Of a stretch of DNA of 64,000 nucleotides, positions 19,778 to 28,563 are shown one piece after another (within the stretch, counting starts at the first letter, position 1; each line of letters begins with the position of its first letter). The notes under the pieces were generated by a model. That model saw only the letters and a program-made list of their open reading frames with translations. It made no database searches and was not told the origin of the DNA. The DNA is from a virus (Duplodnaviria; Caudoviricetes), in IMG/VR virus record IMGVR_UViG_2852743531_000003, positions 1-64,000 of that record. One strand, given 5' to 3'. The position numbers were made by a program, and so were the translations under genes.

Positions 19778-20979
19778 AAGTCAGCCAGGACGTCCTGGAA
19801 GTCCTGGGAGCGGCATCTACGCAGAACACCTCGCTCGCATTGCCTCATGAGCTCGGGCGAAACCTCTATGTACGCACCAACAAGGTGCTCGAAGCCGCCG
19901 GCGGCAGGTGGAATCGGAAGGCGAAAGCCCATCTTTTTGACGGTGATGCCGCAGATGCCATCGAGCAGATCATTCTGTCCGGCGAAATCACCATCCCCCA
20001 GGACTTTGGTTACTTCCCGACCCCTGAGGAGGTCGTTCAGCGCCTGATCAAACTCGCGGATGTGCGTGCGAATCACGTCGTGCTGGAACCCAGTGCCGGG
20101 CGGGGAAACATCGCCCGTGCACTCGCGCATGCCGCACGCGTCGATTGCCACGAACTGCTGCCGGAGAATGTGGCTGCACTGCGCTCACTCGGCCTCAGGA
20201 ACTGCAACATCGTGCAAGGAGACTTTCTCGGTGTCAAACCGAAGCGCGTCTATGACCGGATTGTCATGAATCCACCTTTCGGCAAACGGGCCGATATTCA
20301 TCATGTCAGGCATGCGCTGCTTTTTCTTGCACCGCGCGGACGTCTCGTCTCCGTCATGTCGAAGAGCGTCACGTTCCGGCAGGATCGACTCGCGAGCGAA
20401 TTCCGTGAGCTTGTTGCACGACGGGGCGGTGAATTCGAGGCTGTTCCAGATGGCGCCTTCGCAACGAGTGGCACGCTGGTGGGAACTGTGATCGTGACCA
20501 TCCCTGCCGAAATCCGTTCCCCTTCCGGCAAACGCCGCGTTGCCGCTGAACATGACGGCCGGGAAGCGCACGCGGCAGGAGCGGAAGCAGGTACCCGCCC
20601 CCGCATAGCGGGAACGCGGCGTCAAGGGCAAGCGCCGCGCCCCCCCGATGGGACCCGAAAGCCTGACATACCGTCTGGCGACCACGTGCGTCTTCCGGTT
20701 GAACTGCCCGATGGCTGGGATGCCGAGCCTTACGGTGATGGCGACGTCGTCATCATCACCAGCCCGCATCGGCGCTGTGCCGTGTCAGTGTCACCAAAAT
20801 GGCGGAGCTTTTCACTGGGCGCTGGCCGCCCGCGCCGAAGCGCAATAGGTATGTCACTTTACAGCGGTCGCAACTGGAGAGCCAACCTCTTTACTGCCGC
20901 AGTTGGATCCCTAAAACGTGAACTTGATGAATGTGCTATCGAAACTCAGCCACCTACCGAAGAGAAAAATTTTGAATGA
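19774..20979 (+). CDS. Solitary N6-adenine DNA methyltransferase-like protein with C-terminal extension
   Basis: YFPTP, VLEPSAGRG (motif I), GDFL, MNPPF (motif IV) and GAFATSGT (motif VIII-like). Confidence 0.85.
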   Translation: MKVSQDVLEVLGAASTQNTSLALPHELGRNLYVRTNKVLEAAGGRWNRKAKAHLFDGDAADAIEQIILSGEITIPQDFGYFPTPEEVVQRLIKLADVRANHVVLEPSAGRGNIARALAHAARVDCHELLPENVAALRSLGLRNCNIVQGDFLGVKPKRVYDRIVMNPPFGKRADIHHVRHALLFLAPRGRLVSVMSKSVTFRQDRLASEFRELVARRGGEFEAVPDGAFATSGTLVGTVIVTIPAEIRSPSGKRRVAAEHDGREAHAAGAEAGTRPRIAGTRRQGQAPRPPDGTRKPDIPSGDHVRLPVELPDGWDAEPYGDGDVVIITSPHRRCAVSVSPKWRSFSLGAGRPRRSAIGMSLYSGRNWRANLFTAAVGSLKRELDECAIETQPPTEEKNFE

Positions 20980-21299
20980 TTGAGATCAGACAGACAGGAC
21001 TTCCTGAAAGTGGGAACCATTGGAGTTACGGGCGTGACTACATGCGCCGAATTTCAGCCGGCAGCGCCAGGAAACTCTGCGGCCTGTACCCGATGCCCCG
21101 CATGGGATATGAAACGATTGTAGCCGTCGCGAATGATGGCTACGGAGGGAAATACCATCTCTGCGTGCAAAACATCTCCGGAATCTGGTTTCTCGCGTGC
21201 ACGTCTGTACCCGTGGCAGATTGGCCGGAGATCTTTCAGGTGAAGATCGTGGAGCCAGCCCGGGAAAGAGAAGATGAGAAACAAGCCCATCTGGAGTGA
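20976..21299 (+). CDS. Hypothetical protein
   Basis: ATGA overlap within a co-directional run of small genes. Confidence 0.6.
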   Translation: MIEIRQTGLPESGNHWSYGRDYMRRISAGSARKLCGLYPMPRMGYETIVAVANDGYGGKYHLCVQNISGIWFLACTSVPVADWPEIFQVKIVEPAREREDEKQAHLE

Positions 21300-21693
21300 A
21301 GAGTATCGGGGCCACCACATCCAGGGCGTGCACGAGGACGGTAAGGAGCGGATCGAGGTGATGCTTCGTGATGCCGAAGGCCCGGGGGTCACCATCGCCA
21401 CCTGCAGCAGTCGTAAAACTGCGAAAGCGAAAATCAGTCATCACGTAAGGCGGAAGACTCCGCGGTTCGATGAAATCATCCGCACCAGCGCCTGGCGTGT
21501 CCGGAACGTGACAATTGACGTCAACGAAAGCATGCCAACCGTTGCCATCGGCGAAAACGTCTTTCTTCAGGGCGAAGAAGCAGACAATTTTATCGAGGCC
21601 GCAAAGGGGCTCTACGAGCAGGCCCAAACCGTAACGATGGACGATTGCTATGCCTGCGTCGCCCATCCCTATGTCGAAAGCTGCGAGACGTGA
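21274..21693 (+). CDS. Hypothetical protein
   Basis: 139 aa, tightly packed in the co-directional run. Confidence 0.6.
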   Translation: MRNKPIWSEEYRGHHIQGVHEDGKERIEVMLRDAEGPGVTIATCSSRKTAKAKISHHVRRKTPRFDEIIRTSAWRVRNVTIDVNESMPTVAIGENVFLQGEEADNFIEAAKGLYEQAQTVTMDDCYACVAHPYVESCET

Positions 21694-21905
21694 CGTCCAG
21701 TTCAAGCACACACTCTGCCCGACCCCAGTCTGCACTCTACTACGATGCCGTACGCGCGGCTGGTGAAATCAATCTGCTGTTCCTCGACCTGGTAAAAGAA
21801 GGTCTGACGCGCGAAGAACTCGCGATCAACATCAAACGCCGCCCGTCCCTGTGGCAACGCTTCGAGACGTGGCTCGATCATCTTCCCACCCTACCCGCAA
21901 AATGA
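21690..21905 (+). CDS. Small hypothetical protein
   Basis: GTGA and ATGA overlaps at both ends. LTREELAINIKRRPSLWQRF. Confidence 0.6.
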   Translation: MTSSSSTHSARPQSALYYDAVRAAGEINLLFLDLVKEGLTREELAINIKRRPSLWQRFETWLDHLPTLPAK

Positions 21906-22234
21906 CATCTGGAAACACGATCAACCTCAACGATATGAACCAGGCTGCGCTGAACCGGCACAGCGAGGCACTCAACGCCCTGCAGGGCGCGTCCAATCTG
22001 AGCGGCATCGCGCGCTCGCTGGTGCGGGCGATCAACCAGTGCCATACCGAGAATCCTGGCTCCCAGGAAATCCGTGATGACCCTGCGATCCGGTTCTTCG
22101 TCCACCACATGGCGTTCCTGTGCAACGTCGGGGAGCTCGACCGGAAGCCCGATGTCTATGAAGCGCTCGAGAAAGCCTGCGAGGTAGGAAGCGCTACGCG
22201 CAAGGCTGAACTCAGGACACGACAACAGGCATAA
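21902..22234 (+). CDS. Hypothetical protein
   Basis: ATGA overlap. QGASNLSGIARSL and DPAIRFFVHHM motifs. Confidence 0.65.
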   Translation: MTSGNTINLNDMNQAALNRHSEALNALQGASNLSGIARSLVRAINQCHTENPGSQEIRDDPAIRFFVHHMAFLCNVGELDRKPDVYEALEKACEVGSATRKAELRTRQQA

Positions 22235-22254
22235 CCTCTCATGGGAGATCGGAC

Positions 22255-22629
22255 ATGACGCCGAGTCAACCGGACACGGTGATCCTGGACCTGCGCTCAG
22301 CCATTGACGAATACGAGCGCGACGTCAAACATTTGACCGGTGTGCTCGACACTGACCCAGGTGCGATGGTGAGTTGGCTGGCGTGCTACGTGACTACCCG
22401 CGAATGGGCCGAAGACGAGATCCAGAACGCTGTTATTGACGCCGTGTGCGATGACGACGACACGCCACCGGACGCGCTCGAAAAGTTTTCTGACGCTGCC
22501 TTCGGGCTCGGCCTGTCGATGGTGAGGAAGCTGGAAGAATGCGGCATATTCTCGCGCAGCGACGGTCAATTCCACTACACGTACTCCGGCCTGCTTGGCA
22601 GGTCCGCTGTTTTCAGGCGGACTGCCTAG
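22255..22629 (+). CDS. Acidic hypothetical protein, paralog A
   Basis: GGAG RBS. Aligns over its full length with 23023..23418. Confidence 0.8.
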   Translation: MTPSQPDTVILDLRSAIDEYERDVKHLTGVLDTDPGAMVSWLACYVTTREWAEDEIQNAVIDAVCDDDDTPPDALEKFSDAAFGLGLSMVRKLEECGIFSRSDGQFHYTYSGLLGRSAVFRRTA

Positions 22630-22703
22630 CTGGCAGGCCGAATCACACCCGATCTACAAGACTCAGCCGTGGATCAACGCGTTGACATCAATTAGGATAA
22701 CAG

Positions 22704-22973
22704 ATGGATTCTGAATCTCTCGACGTGGACGGCAACCCGCTGTACGTCAATGCACGCTGTACTATCGTTTCAGTCTGGCATCAGGCGTTTTCGGGGTACA
22801 TTGGAAAGAAGGTTGTTGTGGCGAAACTTCGAGGCGAATCCGCCTGGATTTACAACGACCAGCCAATACGCTACCGAACGAACCGGAAAGGTCGCGATGT
22901 GGTGGACCACGACCCCAAGACCATTCAAACCGTGATCGGTGTTGCGCACTTGCGTCTGAGGATTAACGAATGA
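22704..22973 (+). CDS. Small hypothetical protein (possible SH3/KOW-like beta fold)
   Basis: AGGA RBS. The DVDGNPLYV..YIGKKVVV pattern is only a weak fold hint. Confidence 0.55.
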   Translation: MDSESLDVDGNPLYVNARCTIVSVWHQAFSGYIGKKVVVAKLRGESAWIYNDQPIRYRTNRKGRDVVDHDPKTIQTVIGVAHLRLRINE

Positions 22974-23022
22974 CGACAAATACCACCGCATCGGCACGGA
23001 AAAGCGAACGGGAAAGGCGGTC

Positions 23023-23418
23023 ATGACGGTCCATTACCCCAACACGGTCATCGTGGATCTGGGAACGGCCATCAAGGATTACAGGCGCGAACTCAAGTGC
23101 CTCGATAGCCTTGTCGACACCGATCCCAATTCGATGCTCAGCTGGTTGTCGAGTTGCATCACCACGGCCGACCATGCCGAAGATGAAGTCGACAACGCTA
23201 TCATGGAAAGTATCTCAGCAAATATTGACATTCCTTCGGACGAGATAGGCACGTACTTCGACGCTGCCCTGGGGCTGGGTTTCACGATGGTAAAGGAGCT
23301 TCGCGACAAGCAGATCTTCCCGCCCAGGTCATCGTCTAATGGCGAATTTCCCTACGAGTTCGTGTGCCTGCTCGGCAGTTCTGCGGTGTTCACGAGACCT
23401 GATCCCGCATCGGACTAG
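23023..23418 (+). CDS. Acidic hypothetical protein, paralog B
   Basis: Shares TVIxDL, DTDP, SWL, AEDE, DAAxGLG and LLGxSAVF with 22255..22629. Confidence 0.8.
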   Translation: MTVHYPNTVIVDLGTAIKDYRRELKCLDSLVDTDPNSMLSWLSSCITTADHAEDEVDNAIMESISANIDIPSDEIGTYFDAALGLGFTMVKELRDKQIFPPRSSSNGEFPYEFVCLLGSSAVFTRPDPASD

Positions 23419-23436
23419 CCATATACTGCGGCCTGG

Positions 23437-24690
23437 TCAGCCACCTGAAAGATTGACATCACAGCCGATCTGAAGAAAGTATGCGGGACTCAGGCCCGTC
23501 GCGTGGATGGGATTGCGGCTATCGGAAAGACCCGTCTCAACCTTCGCGTCGACGGTCCTGTATATGGGGTTGTTCCTGAAGTTGTCCTCCACCCTTAGCG
23601 ACCACTGCCTGTCTTCCGGGACAGGCCAGTATTCCGCAATTTTTCCGCAACCCGTCACGAGTGGCCAGACAGGTTGCACATAGCTAATATAGGCATGGGG
23701 CCAGCGTGGCGCCTCGACGCCCAGAAACTCGGTCCAGAGTTCGGTGTTGTCGATGAGCACGATGAAGGACTGACTGAGCGTGAGATAGGCCCCGATAAAG
23801 GCATCGGAGATCATTTCCGTGACCGTGAACGCGTGCGGGTTATCCGGCCACGATGTTAGCGGCATTGCAGAAAGGTCGATGAAACGCTTCGATTCGTACC
23901 AGCGGTCGAAGAGCGGCAGGTTGTTGAAGTCGATCATGATCGTGTCGGCGCCCACCAGCGTCACGGTCTTCGGATCGAGCACGTGGAGATATCCCCCGAT
24001 CACCGCCATCACGGTGTAGCCCGTCAGATCTCTCCCGAGATTCAGGTACGTGTGATTGCCCAGGTTCTGCTCGTCGATCTGCTTGAAGAGCATCTCACGC
24101 GTGATCGGGACATAGGTGAGCGTCCCCAGGTCCTGAAAATCCAGAATTCCGACTTTATTTTTTTTGGCATGAGTAACGGATTTCATTCCGTCCGTCACCC
24201 ATATACCGTTCTGGCCGTCGCTGTCGATCAGGTGGAAGAATCCGTTTACAGTCACCATGCAGCTCTGGAAAAACGAGCTGTAGGACGTTCGGGCGCGCGT
24301 GAGAAACAGATCCGTCTTCTCCGCTGTCGGTAGCGGACTGGACAACGACGCAACGGGGCTGATCGGCTCGATTGCATAGCCCGCCTGAAATGCGTCCTGA
24401 TACCGCGCATACCGGGTGTCGAGCGTGGGGATGGTATCGGATGTCGGTAGCGCCATGTCACCAAGGGCAGCCAGATACTGGTTGAAGGTCTGCTGCTGGT
24501 CGGTGATGGTGCCAGCAATATCGTTGAGATTCAGGCTGACAGGGTTGCCGAGAAAGGGATTGGTCAGCACCGCGCAGACCGTCGAGAAGGTCTGGACGAC
24601 CGTTGAAAAGGTCATGTCCCCGAGATCGATGGCGCACCAGTCCTGTCCACCGCCCAGTGATTTACCGATCGCAGATACCAGGGCATACAT
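23437..24690 (-). CDS. Virion structural protein, phiKZ gp130-like
   Basis: 417 aa. CMVTVNGFFH, VIGGYLH and AYLTLSQSFIVLID motifs. Divergent from the fibre cluster, as in phiKZ-like phages. Confidence 0.65.
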   Translation of the reverse strand: MYALVSAIGKSLGGGQDWCAIDLGDMTFSTVVQTFSTVCAVLTNPFLGNPVSLNLNDIAGTITDQQQTFNQYLAALGDMALPTSDTIPTLDTRYARYQDAFQAGYAIEPISPVASLSSPLPTAEKTDLFLTRARTSYSSFFQSCMVTVNGFFHLIDSDGQNGIWVTDGMKSVTHAKKNKVGILDFQDLGTLTYVPITREMLFKQIDEQNLGNHTYLNLGRDLTGYTVMAVIGGYLHVLDPKTVTLVGADTIMIDFNNLPLFDRWYESKRFIDLSAMPLTSWPDNPHAFTVTEMISDAFIGAYLTLSQSFIVLIDNTELWTEFLGVEAPRWPHAYISYVQPVWPLVTGCGKIAEYWPVPEDRQWSLRVEDNFRNNPIYRTVDAKVETGLSDSRNPIHATGLSPAYFLQIGCDVNLSGG

Positions 24691-24777
24691 CGTTTTCTCC
24701 GGAAAAGGTCGCTCATCATCCTATGGTCCTTCGCACAGCCATACGATGAGCGACGCGTTTTCAGGAGTACGAACCGT

Positions 24778-27027
24778 ATGTCTACCATGCCCTCGTACCC
24801 GTTCGATCCAACAGGTTCGCTCGCCTCGAACCTCATCACCGGAGAGCAGCAGGTACTGGTTGCCCAGAATTTTCGCGACCAGCACCTGATCATCCCGGCG
24901 GCCGCCCCCTATTTTGCCGACACACTCCAGATCCAGTTCAGGGATACGAGCGGACAGATCACGACGCTCAAGGAGGGGACGGACTACTTCTGCACGCACT
25001 GGTTCATTTCCGCGAGCCGTTCGTGCGCCATGCGGGTGCACGGCTCCATCAGCTTCATCAACACCGCCCTGTCCGGGGTGGTGCAGTTGCGGTACCAGAC
25101 AATCGGCGGAATCTGGGTGCTCGACGCTGCCACGATTGCCGGGATACTTGCAAGCGCGATGAACAACGCGCGCGTGACCTCGTGGGAAGAGATCAGCGGC
25201 ACACCCTACGCCTTCCCGCCCGAGGCCCATACGTGGGACGTCTATGACATGGTCGGGATGGACGCCGTCGTTCAGGCGCTGGCCGACATCCAGAATACAC
25301 TGCAGGAGACAGGCGGTGCTGGTCTGGCCGCTCACAAAGCCGATCACGACAATCCGCACGTGGTCACGGCTGCGCAGGTCGGGCTCGGGAACGTCCAGAA
25401 CTATGGCGTTGCGGCCAACAGTGATGCGGCCGCCGGCACGTCAACCACGCTTTACATGACCCCGGCGACGACCGCTGCGGCGATCCAGACACAGGTTCTG
25501 GGCCCCTTCCTGATTCACGCAAGCAACTTCAACAACCCGCACCAGGTGAGCGCTGCCCAGGTGGGCTTAGGCAACGTCAGGAACTATGGCGTCGCAGCGC
25601 CAGCCGATGGGGTAAGTGGCACCTCGAACACGCTCTACATGACGCCGTCCACCACGGCCGCGGCGATCAACGGGACGGTTGGCATCACGATCAACCAGCA
25701 CCTGCTTGACTTTGGCAATCCGCACCAGGTGAGCGCCGCCCAGGTGGGCCTAAGTAATGTACGCAACCTGTTAACGGCGAGTGCAGCAGATGCAGTGGCC
25801 GGCACCAGCAACGATCTCTACATGACACCTGCGGCGACCGCGGCCGCCATTGCCCAGACGGGTGCCATGGGGCAACTGAACAGCCACATCACCGACTACA
25901 GCAATCCTCACCAGGTCACCGCGGCACAGGTTGGCGCGGTCACCGTGGGTGACGTCAACAATCTCCTGCAGGGCTACCTCCCCCTCACCGCTACGGCGGC
26001 CGACAGCACACTGGCGTACGGCCTGACGCTCAGTGAACTCGCGGCTTCCATTCTGGAAGGCACGGCCTCGAACGCGACGATGGTCGGGGGCATGACACCG
26101 CAGGACCTGATCAACTACATCACGAGCGGCATGTCGGACGATGCATCCACGTTCGGCGGCATGTCGCCAGCCGACTGGCAGGACTATATCGCGCACGCGA
26201 CCGTCGCAAACGCCAATCTGGCGTATGGCCTCACCCAGGACGCCCTGACGGCGGCGATCCTGTCGGGAACCGCTGCCAATGCCAACCAGCTCGGTGGCAT
26301 GTCGGTCTCGGAGCTCAGTGCGAGCATTCTCTCGGGCACCGCGGCGAACAGTGAACTCGCATACGGGTTGACGCAGGCCCAGCTCGCCAGCGCGATTCTT
26401 CAGGGCACAGCCGCTAATTCCGCAGAACTGAACGGCATGACGTCCAACGTGCTGATCCAGACAGCGGTGAACGCTGTCAGCGCGGTGGTCGCAGCTCAGG
26501 AGACCATTGCGGCCAACACCGACAACGTTGCCAATGTCTGGACGCCACTGGGGCAGGTCGCGATGCCGGGTCCGGCGCAAACGCAGACCGTGTTTCCCGA
26601 TGTGCAGTGGATTGTCACGGGAGGCGATGCGACCACGGACACCGGCAGTGGAGTCTGGCTTGTACGCATTTCGGTCAGGGCGAGCGGACAACCCGGCAAT
26701 GCGCTGCTGAGCGTGGTGAGCCTGAACGGCGTGAACATGGACACGGTGTCGTTCGGCTTCACCGTCGACAGCACCACGACACCGGGAGCACCCGTGCTCA
26801 CCACGTGGATGAAAACGCCGGGCGAGACCAACCAGATGTCCGTGACTTCGCTGTCCGAAAACACCACCCAGCTTGCCGGCAACGTTGTTCAGGTTAGCGC
26901 CGAGCCCTCCGGCATTACGTACTGGGCGGCAGACGCGTTTGCGACCGTGTCGCAGATGGCCGACCTCGTAAGCCAGTTGTACTTCGCGTTTGAAACCTTC
27001 TCCAGCTCGCTCAGCTCCGCTGCGTAA
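24778..27027 (+). CDS. Tail fibre / baseplate fibre protein 1 (phiKZ gp131 family)
   Basis: N-terminal YPFDPTG..NLITGE anchor. Four HxxxxxNPH repeats at 61-62 aa spacing, a second repeat type (GTAANS..AYGLT), and a beta-rich C-terminal domain. Confidence 0.8.
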   Translation: MSTMPSYPFDPTGSLASNLITGEQQVLVAQNFRDQHLIIPAAAPYFADTLQIQFRDTSGQITTLKEGTDYFCTHWFISASRSCAMRVHGSISFINTALSGVVQLRYQTIGGIWVLDAATIAGILASAMNNARVTSWEEISGTPYAFPPEAHTWDVYDMVGMDAVVQALADIQNTLQETGGAGLAAHKADHDNPHVVTAAQVGLGNVQNYGVAANSDAAAGTSTTLYMTPATTAAAIQTQVLGPFLIHASNFNNPHQVSAAQVGLGNVRNYGVAAPADGVSGTSNTLYMTPSTTAAAINGTVGITINQHLLDFGNPHQVSAAQVGLSNVRNLLTASAADAVAGTSNDLYMTPAATAAAIAQTGAMGQLNSHITDYSNPHQVTAAQVGAVTVGDVNNLLQGYLPLTATAADSTLAYGLTLSELAASILEGTASNATMVGGMTPQDLINYITSGMSDDASTFGGMSPADWQDYIAHATVANANLAYGLTQDALTAAILSGTAANANQLGGMSVSELSASILSGTAANSELAYGLTQAQLASAILQGTAANSAELNGMTSNVLIQTAVNAVSAVVAAQETIAANTDNVANVWTPLGQVAMPGPAQTQTVFPDVQWIVTGGDATTDTGSGVWLVRISVRASGQPGNALLSVVSLNGVNMDTVSFGFTVDSTTTPGAPVLTTWMKTPGETNQMSVTSLSENTTQLAGNVVQVSAEPSGITYWAADAFATVSQMADLVSQLYFAFETFSSSLSSAA

Positions 27028-27108
27028 CTTCGCCTGCGGCACGGGGCTGGTGGATTGCATTCGCGGGAAGGCGGACTCCATACCCCGGTCAGATACGTGG
27101 GAGCGTTC

Positions 27109-28563
27109 ATGTCGACTCCACCCGTTTCGCTGCCTGTATCACTACCATTCGACCCCGGCGGCAGCGCGCGCAGCAACCTGGTCGAGGACGAAATCCAGGT
27201 CATCGGACTACGCAGCATTCGAGCCTTTCCGTTGAATTATGGGCTTTTCTTCACCACCTCCCTGGTTGTAACCGACAATGCGACCGGCCTGCCCCTGACG
27301 CCAGGGGCGCAGTACTACGCGACACAGATGGATGTCGGCGCATCCATGCGATGCGGCAGCGAGATCGACGAGGTTGTGGTCATCACCGACCTCACGGTGA
27401 GCCAGACAGTTCGCGTGACCTATCAGGCGCTTGGCGGCGTCAACAATGTGGCACTCGGTGCCCTGCAAATCGCGATCGATAACCTGCACATCAATGACGG
27501 CCCTGTGAGCTGGGCTGACGTGACAGGCAAACCATGCGCCTACCCGCCCACGCCACACCATCCGCATATTGCTGACGATATCTACGGTGCGGAGTACATC
27601 GTTGTTGCGCTCGAGCGCCTGAGTGCATCGATCCTCCAGGGACAGGGTGGCGCACAGGACGAACTGATGGCCTATGCGCAAAGCTGCGTGAATGAGGTCC
27701 TCGATTCGATCGCGGCCGCAGGCGCCACGCTTGACGCCCACGAGACGGATTCTGGCAACCCGCATCAGGACACTGCCCACCTGATCGGTGGCTATACCAC
27801 GGAAGAAACTACTGCGGCGATCGCCGTCGAGACGGTGAACCAGGAGCAGGCCGATGCCACTATCCAGGCCGCTCTCAATGCCCATATCGCTGATTACGAC
27901 AATCCGCACGAAGTCACCGCCAACCAGATTGGCGGCTGGTCGACTGCGCAATCCGATGCAGCCATGGCTGCGATGCAGGCATCGCTCATGCAGGCGATCA
28001 CGACGACCGAAGCCGTGCAGAACGCCCACTTTGTGAACCATGCCAACCCCCATCAGGACACGGCGGTGAATATCGGCACGCTCACGAGCGGGCAGATCAG
28101 CAGTGCTGCAACGGCTGGCGCCGCCACGCCTGGCTCGCAGGCCTCGGGGCTCGGCACCTCGGTCAACAACCACGTGACGAACACGGGCAATCCGCATCAG
28201 GACACCGCGGCCAACGTCGGCACGTGGACGTATGCGACAATCCAGAACAGCATCGTCAATCCCCTCACCTCGCACATCAACAATCTGGCCAATCCCCATC
28301 AGGTGACAGTCGCCCAGCTCGGGACCTACTCGTCGGCCACTATCAACAACAACATTGCTGCCGCACTCAACCAGATCGTAAGCGATGTGAATTCGCTGAA
28401 CGGCTATATCTCGGCGCACACGGGCAACATGAACAACCCGCATCAGGACACCCTGGCGAATACGGGTGCGGGAGGCTTCACGGCCGGGGCGCTGCAAAAC
28501 GCGATCAACCAGCTGCAGGGTCCGGGAGGCAGCGCCGGCAATGCCATTGCCGCGCTTCCCTGA
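27109..28563 (+). CDS. Fibre protein 2 (gp131/134/135 family)
   Basis: LPFDPGG..NLVEDE anchor, YQALGG, six NPH repeats, no C-terminal globular domain. Confidence 0.8.
   Translation: MSTPPVSLPVSLPFDPGGSARSNLVEDEIQVIGLRSIRAFPLNYGLFFTTSLVVTDNATGLPLTPGAQYYATQMDVGASMRCGSEIDEVVVITDLTVSQTVRVTYQALGGVNNVALGALQIAIDNLHINDGPVSWADVTGKPCAYPPTPHHPHIADDIYGAEYIVVALERLSASILQGQGGAQDELMAYAQSCVNEVLDSIAAAGATLDAHETDSGNPHQDTAHLIGGYTTEETTAAIAVETVNQEQADATIQAALNAHIADYDNPHEVTANQIGGWSTAQSDAAMAAMQASLMQAITTTEAVQNAHFVNHANPHQDTAVNIGTLTSGQISSAATAGAATPGSQASGLGTSVNNHVTNTGNPHQDTAANVGTWTYATIQNSIVNPLTSHINNLANPHQVTVAQLGTYSSATINNNIAAALNQIVSDVNSLNGYISAHTGNMNNPHQDTLANTGAGGFTAGALQNAINQLQGPGGSAGNAIAALP

Noticed and set aside
22682-22687. 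Perfect TTGACA -35 box
   Set aside because: No -10 element at proper spacing; that position falls in the start of the next gene.
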